A DNA stretch of 64,000 nucleotides from an uncultured Candidatus Saccharibacteria bacterium (GTDB lineage Bacteria; Patescibacteriota; WWE3; UBA101185; UBA10185). The notes beneath the pieces are model-generated. The model saw only the letters and a list, made by a program, of their open reading frames with translations, was not told the DNA's origin and made no database searches. Positions 28,606 to 38,022 of this stretch are shown here, piece after piece; positions within the stretch are counted from its first letter, which is position 1, and every line of letters starts with the position of its first letter. The position numbers and the translations under genes were made by a program. Location: positions 227,436 through 291,435 of the forward strand of contig CAYLVW010000001.1 in NCBI GenBank assembly GCA_964387275.1, in the 5' to 3' direction.

Positions 28606-30326
28606 TTTGTATCAAAAGTGTATGTTTCTCCACTAAAATCTTTAAACTCTACAATACTATCTTTTTTAGTATATATTGTTTTTGACTCAAGTGGCCCAAT
28701 TTCTATTTTATCTTCTGTTATGGCGTAAATTTTCCTGCCTGTTAGATTTTTGATTTTGTAAGCTGTTTGACCCTTTAAATATTTTAAAATATTAAAGCCT
28801 AGTGTTGGTTTGATTTCTATTTTAATACTATTACTATCAAGTTTTTCAATATCGGATGCATTGTCATTAGTTTTTATATCTATTTGTTTTTCGTTATCAT
28901 CAAACCTGTATGCTCCTGCTGGTAGAGGTAATTCACTATTTATACCTTTGGTTACAAACGCTATATGGTTTGTGTCAAGCTTAGTGAAATAATCAAGACC
29001 TGAGGTGTTTCCCCAAGTCGGGTCTATCTGTAGCCAACCTAATTTTGGGTCATAAAATTCAGCCCAAGCATGCAGGAAATCTCCTGAGCTGATTTCTGAT
29101 GATACTGGGGTGCTTGAAGGTGTTGATGGTAGCGCGTAACCATTGATTTCTCTAGCGGGTATTCCCATAGCTCTTGCGATGGCAACAAATGTATCTGTAA
29201 ATTCCATGCAAGCTAGAGTATTGGCACCTTGTAACGTAGCTCTTGCTCCTTTTCTTGAGATTGTTTCTTCTTGTGTTTCTGAGTTATATTTAAGCCTTTC
29301 TGAAATATCTTTATATATAAGTTTTGCATTTTCAGTAACAGAGAGGTCAGGGTTTTTTATACTTTTTGCGAGATTTCTAACTTCTTGAGATCCTGTTTCC
29401 CAATACTTTTGCGAAGATGTGTATTGTTTTACTAATTCTTGTGGTAAATCACTGAAATTACCTCCTTCGTTTGGATCAAATTGAAAAGGAATTACTTTTA
29501 TTTGACCAATAACATTTATATAGATTTCAGATTTAGGAGCTAATTTGTAGTGAGCAATAAAATTTCCGTCTTTATCTGTTTTTACATACTCGGGGGTGGG
29601 GTCAATATTTTTGAAAATTACTTGTTGGTACCTATTTATTTCAGGAGGTAGTGCTACCGTTTGATACGATGTAATTACAGAAGTATTTTTAAGGTTGTAT
29701 TTTATATTAAAATCATATATCTGAAATTCACCAAAAGCTGCTGAGACACCACTTTCTAAAGAGTTTTTATCAAAATAGTATATGGTGCCAGAGCTTATGA
29801 CTTCTTCTTTTATTGGGGTAGGGGACACAAAAAGTTTTTTACCATAAGTATTAGGGATTTGAATAGTTATATGGTAATCCTCTATAGAATCAAACTCGTT
29901 TACTGGCGGTATTGAGATAGAATATATTTTTCCCATTTTTGTCGCTAAGTCTTTAGTTTTGTAGCTTATGTTAATTTCATTTTTTTTGTCTATTCCTATT
30001 TGTTGTTCATCAAATAATGCCTTGATGATAGTTTCGTTGCCGCCTTCTGAGGTTTCGATATTTAGTTTTTCCTTTGCATCTGTAGCCTGAACATCAGAGA
30101 TTTCTATATTTTTTACTATAAGGGTAAAAGAAGTAGGTATAATGTCTTTTTGTTTGTTAATAATTTCTACCCTTTGGTTTACTTCTGCCACAGCAGTATC
30201 TGAAAATATATATTTTGTATCGTAACTTGTTAGAAATTTAAGTTCTTCTGCTTTTAAGTTTCCGCTAAGTAATGTTACAGCAGAGACTATTAATAGGGAT
30301 TTTATTATAAAGCTATAAATAGGCAT
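28602..30326 (-). CDS. Transglutaminase-like superfamily protein (secreted/membrane-anchored; Cys-His-Asp core)
   Basis: Signal/TM start MPIYSFIIKSLLIVSAVTLL, then a large extracytoplasmic domain with the core LACMEFTD (Cys)...FLHAWAEFYDP (His)...IDPTWG (Asp). The ORF track extends to 30425, but the inner ATG fits a signal peptide and avoids overlap with uvrC. Confidence 0.7.
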   Translation of the reverse strand: MPIYSFIIKSLLIVSAVTLLSGNLKAEELKFLTSYDTKYIFSDTAVAEVNQRVEIINKQKDIIPTSFTLIVKNIEISDVQATDAKEKLNIETSEGGNETIIKALFDEQQIGIDKKNEINISYKTKDLATKMGKIYSISIPPVNEFDSIEDYHITIQIPNTYGKKLFVSPTPIKEEVISSGTIYYFDKNSLESGVSAAFGEFQIYDFNIKYNLKNTSVITSYQTVALPPEINRYQQVIFKNIDPTPEYVKTDKDGNFIAHYKLAPKSEIYINVIGQIKVIPFQFDPNEGGNFSDLPQELVKQYTSSQKYWETGSQEVRNLAKSIKNPDLSVTENAKLIYKDISERLKYNSETQEETISRKGARATLQGANTLACMEFTDTFVAIARAMGIPAREINGYALPSTPSSTPVSSEISSGDFLHAWAEFYDPKLGWLQIDPTWGNTSGLDYFTKLDTNHIAFVTKGINSELPLPAGAYRFDDNEKQIDIKTNDNASDIEKLDSNSIKIEIKPTLGFNILKYLKGQTAYKIKNLTGRKIYAITEDKIEIGPLESKTIYTKKDSIVEFKDFSGETYTFDTK

Positions 30327-30348
30327 GACTTTGTATATAATACAAGAT

Positions 30349-31740
30349 ATGTTTGCTCTAACAAAACCCGAAATTAAAGAAGCTGTTAATAATTTACCCA
30401 AAGTACCCGGTGTATATATATACAAAGATATTAACGGTCAGGTCATATATGTAGGTAAAGCAAAAAACCTGAGGAACAGAGTTCGTTCATATTTTATTGA
30501 TAACCTTGACCTTGGAAGTAAAACAAGGGCTCTTGTTGAAAAAATTGATAGTATAAACCACATTGAAGTTACCTCTGAACTTGAGGCTTTAATATTAGAG
30601 GCTGAGTTAATCAAACTTCATAAACCTTACTATAATATAAATCTTAAAGATGATAAGTCCTACCTTTATATAGTCGTAAGAAATGAAAAGATTTTTTCGT
30701 CATTTTTTGAGAAAGAGGTGAAACTGCCTAAAATAATTCTTGCCAGAAAAAGTGATCTTGACAATGAGGATATCCCATTTGGTCCTTACCCAGATGCTAC
30801 CACAGCAAGATATATTGTACGAAGCCTTAGAAAGGTTTTTCCATATAGGGATTGTAGTACAACTAAATTTGAACGTCACTCGAAATTAAATAAAGCATGT
30901 CTTTATGGGCACCTTGGGTTATGCCAAGCTCCTTGTACGACTACTGGCACCATAAATCCCAAAGAGGCTATATCAAACTATAAGAAAGATATTTCTAGGT
31001 TAAAAGATATATTATCGGGTAGAGGTTCTGCCCTTCTTCTTGAATTGAAACGTAAAATGCACGACTATTCCGAAGCCGAGGAGTATGAATCTGCGGCAAT
31101 CTATAGAAATATTATCTCTAAATTTGAGTATGTAAGGCAAAATTTCAGAACAGCACAGTCTTATATTGATAACCCATATTTAGTAGAAGATACTTTAGCT
31201 AGGTCTTTGGCAGATCTTAAAGTCTACCTTCCTTTTATTACTAATGATTTGCAACGTATCGAATGTTACGATATTTCAAATATTTCAGGTAAAGAATCAG
31301 TTGGAGCTATGACAGTATCTATAAATGGAAGACTGGAAAATTCAAAGTATAGAAAATTTAAGATTAAGATGAAGAACGAACCTAACGATTATGGTATGTT
31401 GCAAGAAGTTCTTAGAAGACGGCTCAAACGGGGCATTAATAGTGACTTAGGTTGGGAATTGCCCGAGTTACTTGTTATAGACGGGGGGAAGGGCCAAGTA
31501 GGCGCAATACAGCAAGTGCTTAATGAATATGAACTGGACATTCCTCTTATAGGTCTTGCTAAAAGATTTGAGACCATAGTGTACATTGAGGGTGGTGAGT
31601 TTAAGGAGCTACTATTAGACAGGGGCAATGAAGGCTTAAAACTGCTACAAAGATTGCGGGACGAGGCGCATAGATTTGGTCAGAAATATCATCACCAATT
31701 AAGGCTTAAGAAGATCGAGTTTACCAAAACTAAGAAATAG
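30349..31740 (+). CDS. uvrC: Excinuclease ABC subunit C (UvrC), short form lacking the C-terminal (HhH)2 domain
   Basis: GIY-YIG (PGVYIYKDINGQVIYVGKAKNLRNRVRSYF), a UVR motif, and an RNase H-like endonuclease domain ending at ...RDEAHRFGQKYH. Total length is about 464 aa; an alternative start is 30325. Confidence 0.8.
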   Translation: MFALTKPEIKEAVNNLPKVPGVYIYKDINGQVIYVGKAKNLRNRVRSYFIDNLDLGSKTRALVEKIDSINHIEVTSELEALILEAELIKLHKPYYNINLKDDKSYLYIVVRNEKIFSSFFEKEVKLPKIILARKSDLDNEDIPFGPYPDATTARYIVRSLRKVFPYRDCSTTKFERHSKLNKACLYGHLGLCQAPCTTTGTINPKEAISNYKKDISRLKDILSGRGSALLLELKRKMHDYSEAEEYESAAIYRNIISKFEYVRQNFRTAQSYIDNPYLVEDTLARSLADLKVYLPFITNDLQRIECYDISNISGKESVGAMTVSINGRLENSKYRKFKIKMKNEPNDYGMLQEVLRRRLKRGINSDLGWELPELLVIDGGKGQVGAIQQVLNEYELDIPLIGLAKRFETIVYIEGGEFKELLLDRGNEGLKLLQRLRDEAHRFGQKYHHQLRLKKIEFTKTKK

Positions 31741-31754
31741 CTCATAATTCAAAT

Positions 31755-32168
31755 ATGAAGAGGGTATTAAAGGCATTTTTCTTTTCTTTATATTCCTTAA
31801 TAATTAGCTTTATTTTAATTAGAGGTATAGATTTTGGAACTGAGTTTACTAGAAACTTCTTGATCTTTTCTACAGGGCTATTTGCTTTTAATATACTAAT
31901 TAAAAAGATCTTAGCCTTAATTTCTCTACCGTCTGAGGGATTTTGGTTTTTGGTGATTAATTCTCTTCTTAATATTGCTTTGATGTTTGTAATGATTACT
32001 TTTCTACCCGAAATTACAATTTCTCAAACTACTGACCTAAATTTGAATTTTGGCTTGGATATGTTACCATCTTATGAGCTAAAATCAGTACCGACAATTA
32101 TTGTGTCAGGTTTAGTTTTTACGGTGTTTTACAGGTTTTTAAATTGGATATCTGGAGGTAGAAGATGA
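31755..32168 (+). CDS. Hypothetical integral membrane protein (4 predicted TM helices)
   Basis: Hydrophobic 137-aa ORF; its stop overlaps the secG start (ATGA). Confidence 0.45.
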   Translation: MKRVLKAFFFSLYSLIISFILIRGIDFGTEFTRNFLIFSTGLFAFNILIKKILALISLPSEGFWFLVINSLLNIALMFVMITFLPEITISQTTDLNLNFGLDMLPSYELKSVPTIIVSGLVFTVFYRFLNWISGGRR

Positions 32169-32392
32169 ATTTTTTGTTAATATCAGAAATTGCCCAAGTG
32201 ATCATAGCCATAATAGTGGTTTCTTTGGTATTAATACAATATAGGGGAAAAGGACTAGCCTCGGCTGTCGGTTCCGGAATTCAATTTTATGGATCAAGAA
32301 GGGGTCTTGAGAAAGTAGTCTTTTATTCAACAATTATTTTTTCAATATTATTTGTTGCAAATACTTTTGTAATAATTCTGCTTCGAAGCTAG
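32165..32392 (+). CDS. secG: Preprotein translocase subunit SecG-like
   Basis: 75 aa with two TM helices around a Gly-rich loop (LIQYRGKGLASAVGSGIQFYGSRRG), as in SecG. Confidence 0.5.
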   Translation: MNFLLISEIAQVIIAIIVVSLVLIQYRGKGLASAVGSGIQFYGSRRGLEKVVFYSTIIFSILFVANTFVIILLRS

Positions 32393-32410
32393 TTAATCTA
32401 GTAATACTAT

Positions 32411-33733
32411 ATGGATACAATTTACATCGAAGGTGGTATACCTCTAACAGGCACTGTGTATATGTCGGGTGCAAAGAACTCAGCTCTTAAGCTTATACAT
32501 GTCGCTATGTTTTCAAATGAAGACATTATTCTTATGAATGTACCTAGAATAGGTAATATTACTGTAGATCTGGAAATAATTACTCAAATGGGTGGTAAAG
32601 CTGAGTGGTTAGGTAATAACAGACTACTACTAAATGGTTCGGGGTTACACACATTTGAAATACCTCAAGAGCTGGGGGCAAAGTACAGAACAGCAAGCCT
32701 ACTAGCAGCCCCCCTATTATATAGATTTGGTAAAGCGATAGTTCCAAAACCTGGTGGTTGTAAAATAGGACCAAGACCTATAAACAGGTGGGTAGAGACT
32801 TGGGAAAATTTAGGCATCTCAGTTACTGAAACAGACAATTCCTATATTCTAGAATCTAAATCAGTGGAAGGGTGCGACATCAATTTTAAAGTAAAAACAC
32901 ACATGGGTACAGATAACGCAATTCTGTCATCTTTATTTTCTAAGGGTGTAACTACTATAAATAATGCAGCTGAAGAAGTTGAGGTAGATGATTTGATAGA
33001 TTTTTGTAATTTGATTGGCGGTAATGTAAAAAGGTTGGCTCCGGATAGAATTCAAGTTACCGGTGCTCAGGCATTTAAAGGTGCCGTATTTAGTGTACAA
33101 AACGATAGGAACGAAGCTGTGACATTTGCAATTGCCGCGTATCTAACAAAAGGTGATTTAACTATATCAGGCGTGAATAAAGGGCACTTACTTTCTTTTT
33201 GTAACACCTTAAATAAAATTGGATGCAAATATGAGTTTTCTAAAAATGATATGAAGGTTTGGTATTCTGGGGAGGAGTATTTAGGTACTAATATTACTAC
33301 TTCTCCTGCTCCAGGGTTTATGACTGATTGGCAGTCGTTGATTACACTGTTGTTGACACAAGCAAAGGGAGAAAGTCTTGTATATGATACTGTCTATACA
33401 GATAGATTTGGTTATACAAAAGACTTAAATAAAATGGGAGCCGATATTGAGTTGTTACAGCCCTCTACCCTAGATTTAGATTTAGTGATTAGTGATGATG
33501 CTTATGATATTTCCAGTAAAGGTGAGCCCTTTTGTGTAGCTAAAGTAACAGGACCTACAAAATTAAAATCCTCTAAATTAGTTGTACCGGATTTAAGGGC
33601 CGGAGCAACTTTTGTACTTGCAGGATTGGCCGCAGAAGGTACCACTGAATTATCTGGGTATGAAAATATATCAAGGGGATATGAAAATTTTGTTGACAAG
33701 CTTATCTCTCTTGGTGCTCATATAAACAGTTAA
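32411..33733 (+). CDS. murA: UDP-N-acetylglucosamine 1-carboxyvinyltransferase (MurA)
   Basis: N-terminus IEGGIPLTGTVYMSGAKNSALKL and active-site Cys loop KPGGCKIGPRPI (EPSP-synthase fold). Confidence 0.85.
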   Translation: MDTIYIEGGIPLTGTVYMSGAKNSALKLIHVAMFSNEDIILMNVPRIGNITVDLEIITQMGGKAEWLGNNRLLLNGSGLHTFEIPQELGAKYRTASLLAAPLLYRFGKAIVPKPGGCKIGPRPINRWVETWENLGISVTETDNSYILESKSVEGCDINFKVKTHMGTDNAILSSLFSKGVTTINNAAEEVEVDDLIDFCNLIGGNVKRLAPDRIQVTGAQAFKGAVFSVQNDRNEAVTFAIAAYLTKGDLTISGVNKGHLLSFCNTLNKIGCKYEFSKNDMKVWYSGEEYLGTNITTSPAPGFMTDWQSLITLLLTQAKGESLVYDTVYTDRFGYTKDLNKMGADIELLQPSTLDLDLVISDDAYDISSKGEPFCVAKVTGPTKLKSSKLVVPDLRAGATFVLAGLAAEGTTELSGYENISRGYENFVDKLISLGAHINS

Positions 33734-33793
33734 TTTACTTTTGTTTACTGTGTTAGAATATAGAGTAATTGAAGGTACTTACCTTACATTCCT

Positions 33794-34882
33794 ATGGTAT
33801 ACGATTTACTATTACTTTTTTTGGGCATAATACTTAGTTTCGCACTATTTCCTTTGTGGATATGGTTTGTCTACAAATTCCAGATGGGCGAAGAGATAAG
33901 ACAGGACGGCCCTCAAACGCATCTGGCTAAGCGTGGAACCCCTACAATGGGTGGTTTTGTAATTATATTTGTAGTATCAATAATTACCTTCCTGCTAAAT
34001 CAAAGTAGAACACAGACGTTACTTCCGGTTTTTGTTGCCTTGCTAGCTGGATTATTTGGAATAATCGAAGATTTGACAAAGGTATATAGAAAATCTGGAT
34101 TACCAAACTTTTTTACCCACCATTTCTCATTTATATATAAGTATCTTGTTAAAGTTATTAATTTTTTCTTAAGACCTTTAAGATTTTTGGTAAATGGGTT
34201 TATTGAACTATCCAGAGTAGTGGGAAGTAACGCAGAAGGTGGTTTGCAAACTTATCAAAAATTTTTAATCCAAGGAGGTATAGCTGGATTTGTTTCTTAT
34301 TGGACGTATGTAAAGTTGGGATGGGATTATATCTGGTTTCCATTAGTGGGTGATATTAAAGTTGGAATGTTGTATCCGGTAATTGTTTTTTTCCTTTTTC
34401 TAATGACGCTTAATTTTGTTGCTTTTACTGATGGTCTTGATGGTTTGGCTGGGGGTCTTACTCTCATAGCGTTAGGAGCCTTTTGGGTTGTGGCATCTAT
34501 TATGAATTACAATTCTCTAACAGGTTACATTGCTACTATTATTGGAGCTGTGATCCCATTTTTATACTTCAATGTAAATCCTGCTCGTATTTTTATGGGT
34601 AATGTGGGGTCTCATGTTTTTGGGGCAACACTGGCATTACTTGGTGTTTTGATGCATCGGGAAATTGCAATGCTTTTAATTTGTGCAGTTTTTATGGCAG
34701 TAGGTATAAGCAGCCCCCTGCAGCAATTTTCTGTGAAGCTGACCGGTAAGAGGCTATTTAGAATGGCACCATTACATCATCATTTTGAAATGTTAGGGTG
34801 GCCTGAAACAAAAGTTACCTTTAGATTTTGGATTATTGGTATCTTTTTTGCTTTTGTAGGTATATTTGTTGCTCTCCTGTAA
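33794..34882 (+). CDS. mraY: Phospho-N-acetylmuramoyl-pentapeptide transferase (MraY)
   Basis: Polytopic membrane protein with MraY motifs MGGFVII, TDGLDGLAGG, NPARIFMGNVGS and HHHFE. Confidence 0.85.
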   Translation: MVYDLLLLFLGIILSFALFPLWIWFVYKFQMGEEIRQDGPQTHLAKRGTPTMGGFVIIFVVSIITFLLNQSRTQTLLPVFVALLAGLFGIIEDLTKVYRKSGLPNFFTHHFSFIYKYLVKVINFFLRPLRFLVNGFIELSRVVGSNAEGGLQTYQKFLIQGGIAGFVSYWTYVKLGWDYIWFPLVGDIKVGMLYPVIVFFLFLMTLNFVAFTDGLDGLAGGLTLIALGAFWVVASIMNYNSLTGYIATIIGAVIPFLYFNVNPARIFMGNVGSHVFGATLALLGVLMHREIAMLLICAVFMAVGISSPLQQFSVKLTGKRLFRMAPLHHHFEMLGWPETKVTFRFWIIGIFFAFVGIFVALL

Positions 34883-34888
34883 AACCTA

Positions 34889-36058
34889 ATGAAGAGGAGC
34901 TACTTTAAACACGACAAAGACGATAAAGGTCTGATTTATGCAGTTGGATTTGTACTAACTTTTGGGTTAGTAATGATCTATAATTCCACTGCTGTTTATT
35001 CTCATGATGTTTTTGGAGGTGCCTATAAATTTGTTTTCTTGCAATTGATATGGATTATTTTAGGGTCAATTGGTTTTTGGTTTTTTTATAATTTCGACTA
35101 CAAGTATCTATCAAAATTTGCACTCCCTGTATTTATTATTAGTATGGTTTTTTTAGGTATGGTGGCTGTGGCGGGAATATTACCATGTAGCATGAACATA
35201 CCTTTTGTGCCTTGTATTAATGGGGCAAATAGATGGTTTTACCTAAATCCAGATCCGTTACCAAGAATACCTTTTCTTGGTGTTTTGGGTTTTCAGCCAA
35301 GTGAGTTTGCAAAGTTAGCCATGATTATTATCTTAGCTGTAATATTTTCAAAGGTAACTCTCCTTAATAAAAATGATTGGGATTGGTTTTATAAGTACTT
35401 AATCTATTGTATTAGTGTTTCAGTACTAATTATTCTTCAGCCTAATATGTCTACAGCAGTGTTGGTTGCTACTATAGGGACAATAATATATGTATCTTCG
35501 GGGGCTTTTTTAAAACCACTTTTGGTAAGTTCACCCATAGTGGTGCTTCTTGGAGTTTCTGCAATGCTGTTGTCGCCTTACAGAAGAGATAGGTTTATGA
35601 GTTTCTTATCCAGTGATCCAGCACAAGCTGAGGGTGCTAGTTATCATGTTAAGCAGATACTAATAGCTCTAGGATCTGGTGGTATTTTTGGCGTAGGATT
35701 TGGTCAATCCAGACAAAAATATCAGTATCTTCCTGAAGTCTCAGCAGATTCAATTTTTGCAATTATTGGTGAAGAATTAGGTTTTATTGGAACCACTCTA
35801 GTTATTTTAGTTTTCCTCTACATTTTTTACAAAGGTTTCAAGATTGCTGTTAAAGCTCGGGATTCTTTTGGTAGGCTTCTGGCAATCGGGATAATAAGTT
35901 GGTTAGGTTTTCAGTTTTTTGTTAATATTGCCGCAATGACCAAACTCATACCTTTAACAGGAGTGCCGCTGCCTTTAGTTTCCTATGGCGGCTCTTCCAC
36001 CTTATTTATGCTTGTATCTTTAGGGATATTGGCTAATATAGGAAGAAATTCGAGCTAA
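34889..36058 (+). CDS. ftsW: SEDS-family peptidoglycan glycosyltransferase (FtsW/RodA)
   Basis: 10-TM protein with PSEFAKLAMII and ...GSGGIFGVGFGQS...SDSIFAIIGEELGFIG motifs, in the dcw position between mraY and murG. Confidence 0.8.
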   Translation: MKRSYFKHDKDDKGLIYAVGFVLTFGLVMIYNSTAVYSHDVFGGAYKFVFLQLIWIILGSIGFWFFYNFDYKYLSKFALPVFIISMVFLGMVAVAGILPCSMNIPFVPCINGANRWFYLNPDPLPRIPFLGVLGFQPSEFAKLAMIIILAVIFSKVTLLNKNDWDWFYKYLIYCISVSVLIILQPNMSTAVLVATIGTIIYVSSGAFLKPLLVSSPIVVLLGVSAMLLSPYRRDRFMSFLSSDPAQAEGASYHVKQILIALGSGGIFGVGFGQSRQKYQYLPEVSADSIFAIIGEELGFIGTTLVILVFLYIFYKGFKIAVKARDSFGRLLAIGIISWLGFQFFVNIAAMTKLIPLTGVPLPLVSYGGSSTLFMLVSLGILANIGRNSS

Positions 36059-36059
36059 T

Positions 36060-37151
36060 ATGAAAATAATCATGACCGGGGGTCATCACTCCAGTGCAAT
36101 GCCTGTTATAAAAATTTTAAAAGCACTTAAGGTTGAGATATTGTGGTTTGGTCACCGATATTCTCTTGCTAAAGATGAGAATGATACTTTGGAGTATCGA
36201 GAGATTACTTCAGAAGGTATAAGATTTATTGAACTACCGACAGGGAAGTTATATAGAAATATTTCGGTTTCATCCATTGTTAAGATTATTAAGGCAACTT
36301 ATTATTCTATGCAAGAAATTAGGGAATTCAAACCTGATATTATTCTTTCCTTTGGTGGTTATTTAGCAGTTCCAGTTGTAGTTGCGGGGTGGATACTGGG
36401 TATTAAAATACTAACGCACGAACAGACATTAATATCTGGGTATGCTAATAGGGTTATAGCTTTATTTGCGGACAAAATACTTGTGTCTTGGCTTGAATCT
36501 GCAAAGTATTTCCCAACAGAAAAGGTTGTATTTAGCGGTATTCCTCTAAGAGACTCTATATTTAAAAATAATAATGATTTTGTTATTGATAATAACTTGC
36601 CAACTATTCTTATTATGGGTGGGAAAACAGGCTCACATATTATAAATATGGTTATAAGAGACGGGTTAGTGAAATTGCTAGATAAATACAACCTGATACA
36701 CCAGACAGGAGATTACTCAGAATTTAAAGATTATGATGAACTTGTTAAAGCTCACAGTTTTTTAAAAGACCACAAAGGTACTTATATCGTCAGAAAGTTT
36801 CTATCTGAAAGTGAGGTAGGATCTGCTTACTTTTGTAGTAATGTTGTGGTTTGTAGGGCAGGGGCCCACACAACATTAGAGCTACTAGCACTTAAGAAGA
36901 AGGCAATAATGATTCCTATACCTTGGGTATCCCACAATGAGCAGAATTTAAATGCATCTCTTGTTGCTGAGTCAGGGCTTGCGATTGTCTTGCCAGAAAA
37001 AAACTTCAATACAGAAACCTTAATACGCGAGCTTGACATGATGACTAACGAAGCAGCATCCGTAAAGAAAGACTTATATAAGAACTATCCAAAAGATGCA
37101 GAATATAGAATAGTGAATCAAATCAGGTTAGTATTAAAAAGTGAATTCTGA
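36060..37151 (+). CDS. murG: UDP-GlcNAc:undecaprenyl-PP-MurNAc-pentapeptide GlcNAc transferase (MurG)
   Basis: GT28 fold: N-terminal IIMTGGHHSS loop and C-terminal VVCRAGAHTTLELLALKKKAIMIPIP donor-binding segment. Confidence 0.8.
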   Translation: MKIIMTGGHHSSAMPVIKILKALKVEILWFGHRYSLAKDENDTLEYREITSEGIRFIELPTGKLYRNISVSSIVKIIKATYYSMQEIREFKPDIILSFGGYLAVPVVVAGWILGIKILTHEQTLISGYANRVIALFADKILVSWLESAKYFPTEKVVFSGIPLRDSIFKNNNDFVIDNNLPTILIMGGKTGSHIINMVIRDGLVKLLDKYNLIHQTGDYSEFKDYDELVKAHSFLKDHKGTYIVRKFLSESEVGSAYFCSNVVVCRAGAHTTLELLALKKKAIMIPIPWVSHNEQNLNASLVAESGLAIVLPEKNFNTETLIRELDMMTNEAASVKKDLYKNYPKDAEYRIVNQIRLVLKSEF

Positions 37152-37980
37152 GCATAAACAAAGATCTAAAGTAGTTTTTTATAATACAAAAAATACAGGT
37201 AGGAAAAAGCCTGGGGTTGTTGAATCTGCAAAAACTGGATTTAGGAAGTTTAGCCCAACTATCAAACCAATTTTAGTTATTTCTACTATAATTGTACTTT
37301 TATTTTCGCTATTTAATTTTTTACTGCACAGCAAGTTTCTAACAGTTACAAAAATTAATATTAACTCAAAGAACGGTTTTTATTTAGTTGATCTAAGTGA
37401 ACTTAGGAGACTAACTGAAGAAAATTTATTGGGTAAAAACTTGTTATCTGTAGATGTATATGAAATGTCAGACATCCTTACTAGGAACTTTCTTGGTATT
37501 AGACACTTAGTTATTACCAAAAACTATAACGGTGTTGTAGACATTCTTATTGAAGAGAGAATACCTATAGGTATCATTACAAAAAATAGCGAAAACTTTA
37601 TAGTAGATGCGGGTGGTTACGTTATAGGGGCAGTTTCAGAAGAATATATTAATAGGACCGATAGCCTAAGGACATTACCTAGGATTTCTTATAATAGTGA
37701 GGTAAAAATTGGTACCAACATTGATAAAAATATCATCCCAGCTTACTTAGAGCTTTACCAGAATATTGAAAAAAATAATATCAAGGCTTCGAGTGTAAGC
37801 TTTAATAGCTACTACATGGAGTTAAATTTAGAGTCTGGAGTAAAACTTCTCGTCGGAACAGATAAAAGTATTACAAAGTCTTTGGAATATGTATTAAACT
37901 TAATAAGGCAGTTAAGTGTCGAAGGTAAAAATATAAAGAAAATTGATTTACGTTATGATAAAGTAATAGTAGAATATTAA
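37141..37980 (+). CDS. ftsQ: Cell division protein FtsQ/DivIB-like (TM + POTRA)
   Basis: Bitopic protein with a TM helix at residues about 45-65 followed by a POTRA-like domain, located between murG and ftsA. Confidence 0.6.
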   Translation: MNSEHKQRSKVVFYNTKNTGRKKPGVVESAKTGFRKFSPTIKPILVISTIIVLLFSLFNFLLHSKFLTVTKININSKNGFYLVDLSELRRLTEENLLGKNLLSVDVYEMSDILTRNFLGIRHLVITKNYNGVVDILIEERIPIGIITKNSENFIVDAGGYVIGAVSEEYINRTDSLRTLPRISYNSEVKIGTNIDKNIIPAYLELYQNIEKNNIKASSVSFNSYYMELNLESGVKLLVGTDKSITKSLEYVLNLIRQLSVEGKNIKKIDLRYDKVIVEY

Positions 37981-38022
37981 AATACCTCGCATAATCCTTT
38001 AACTGCGCGGAAAACAATAAAT

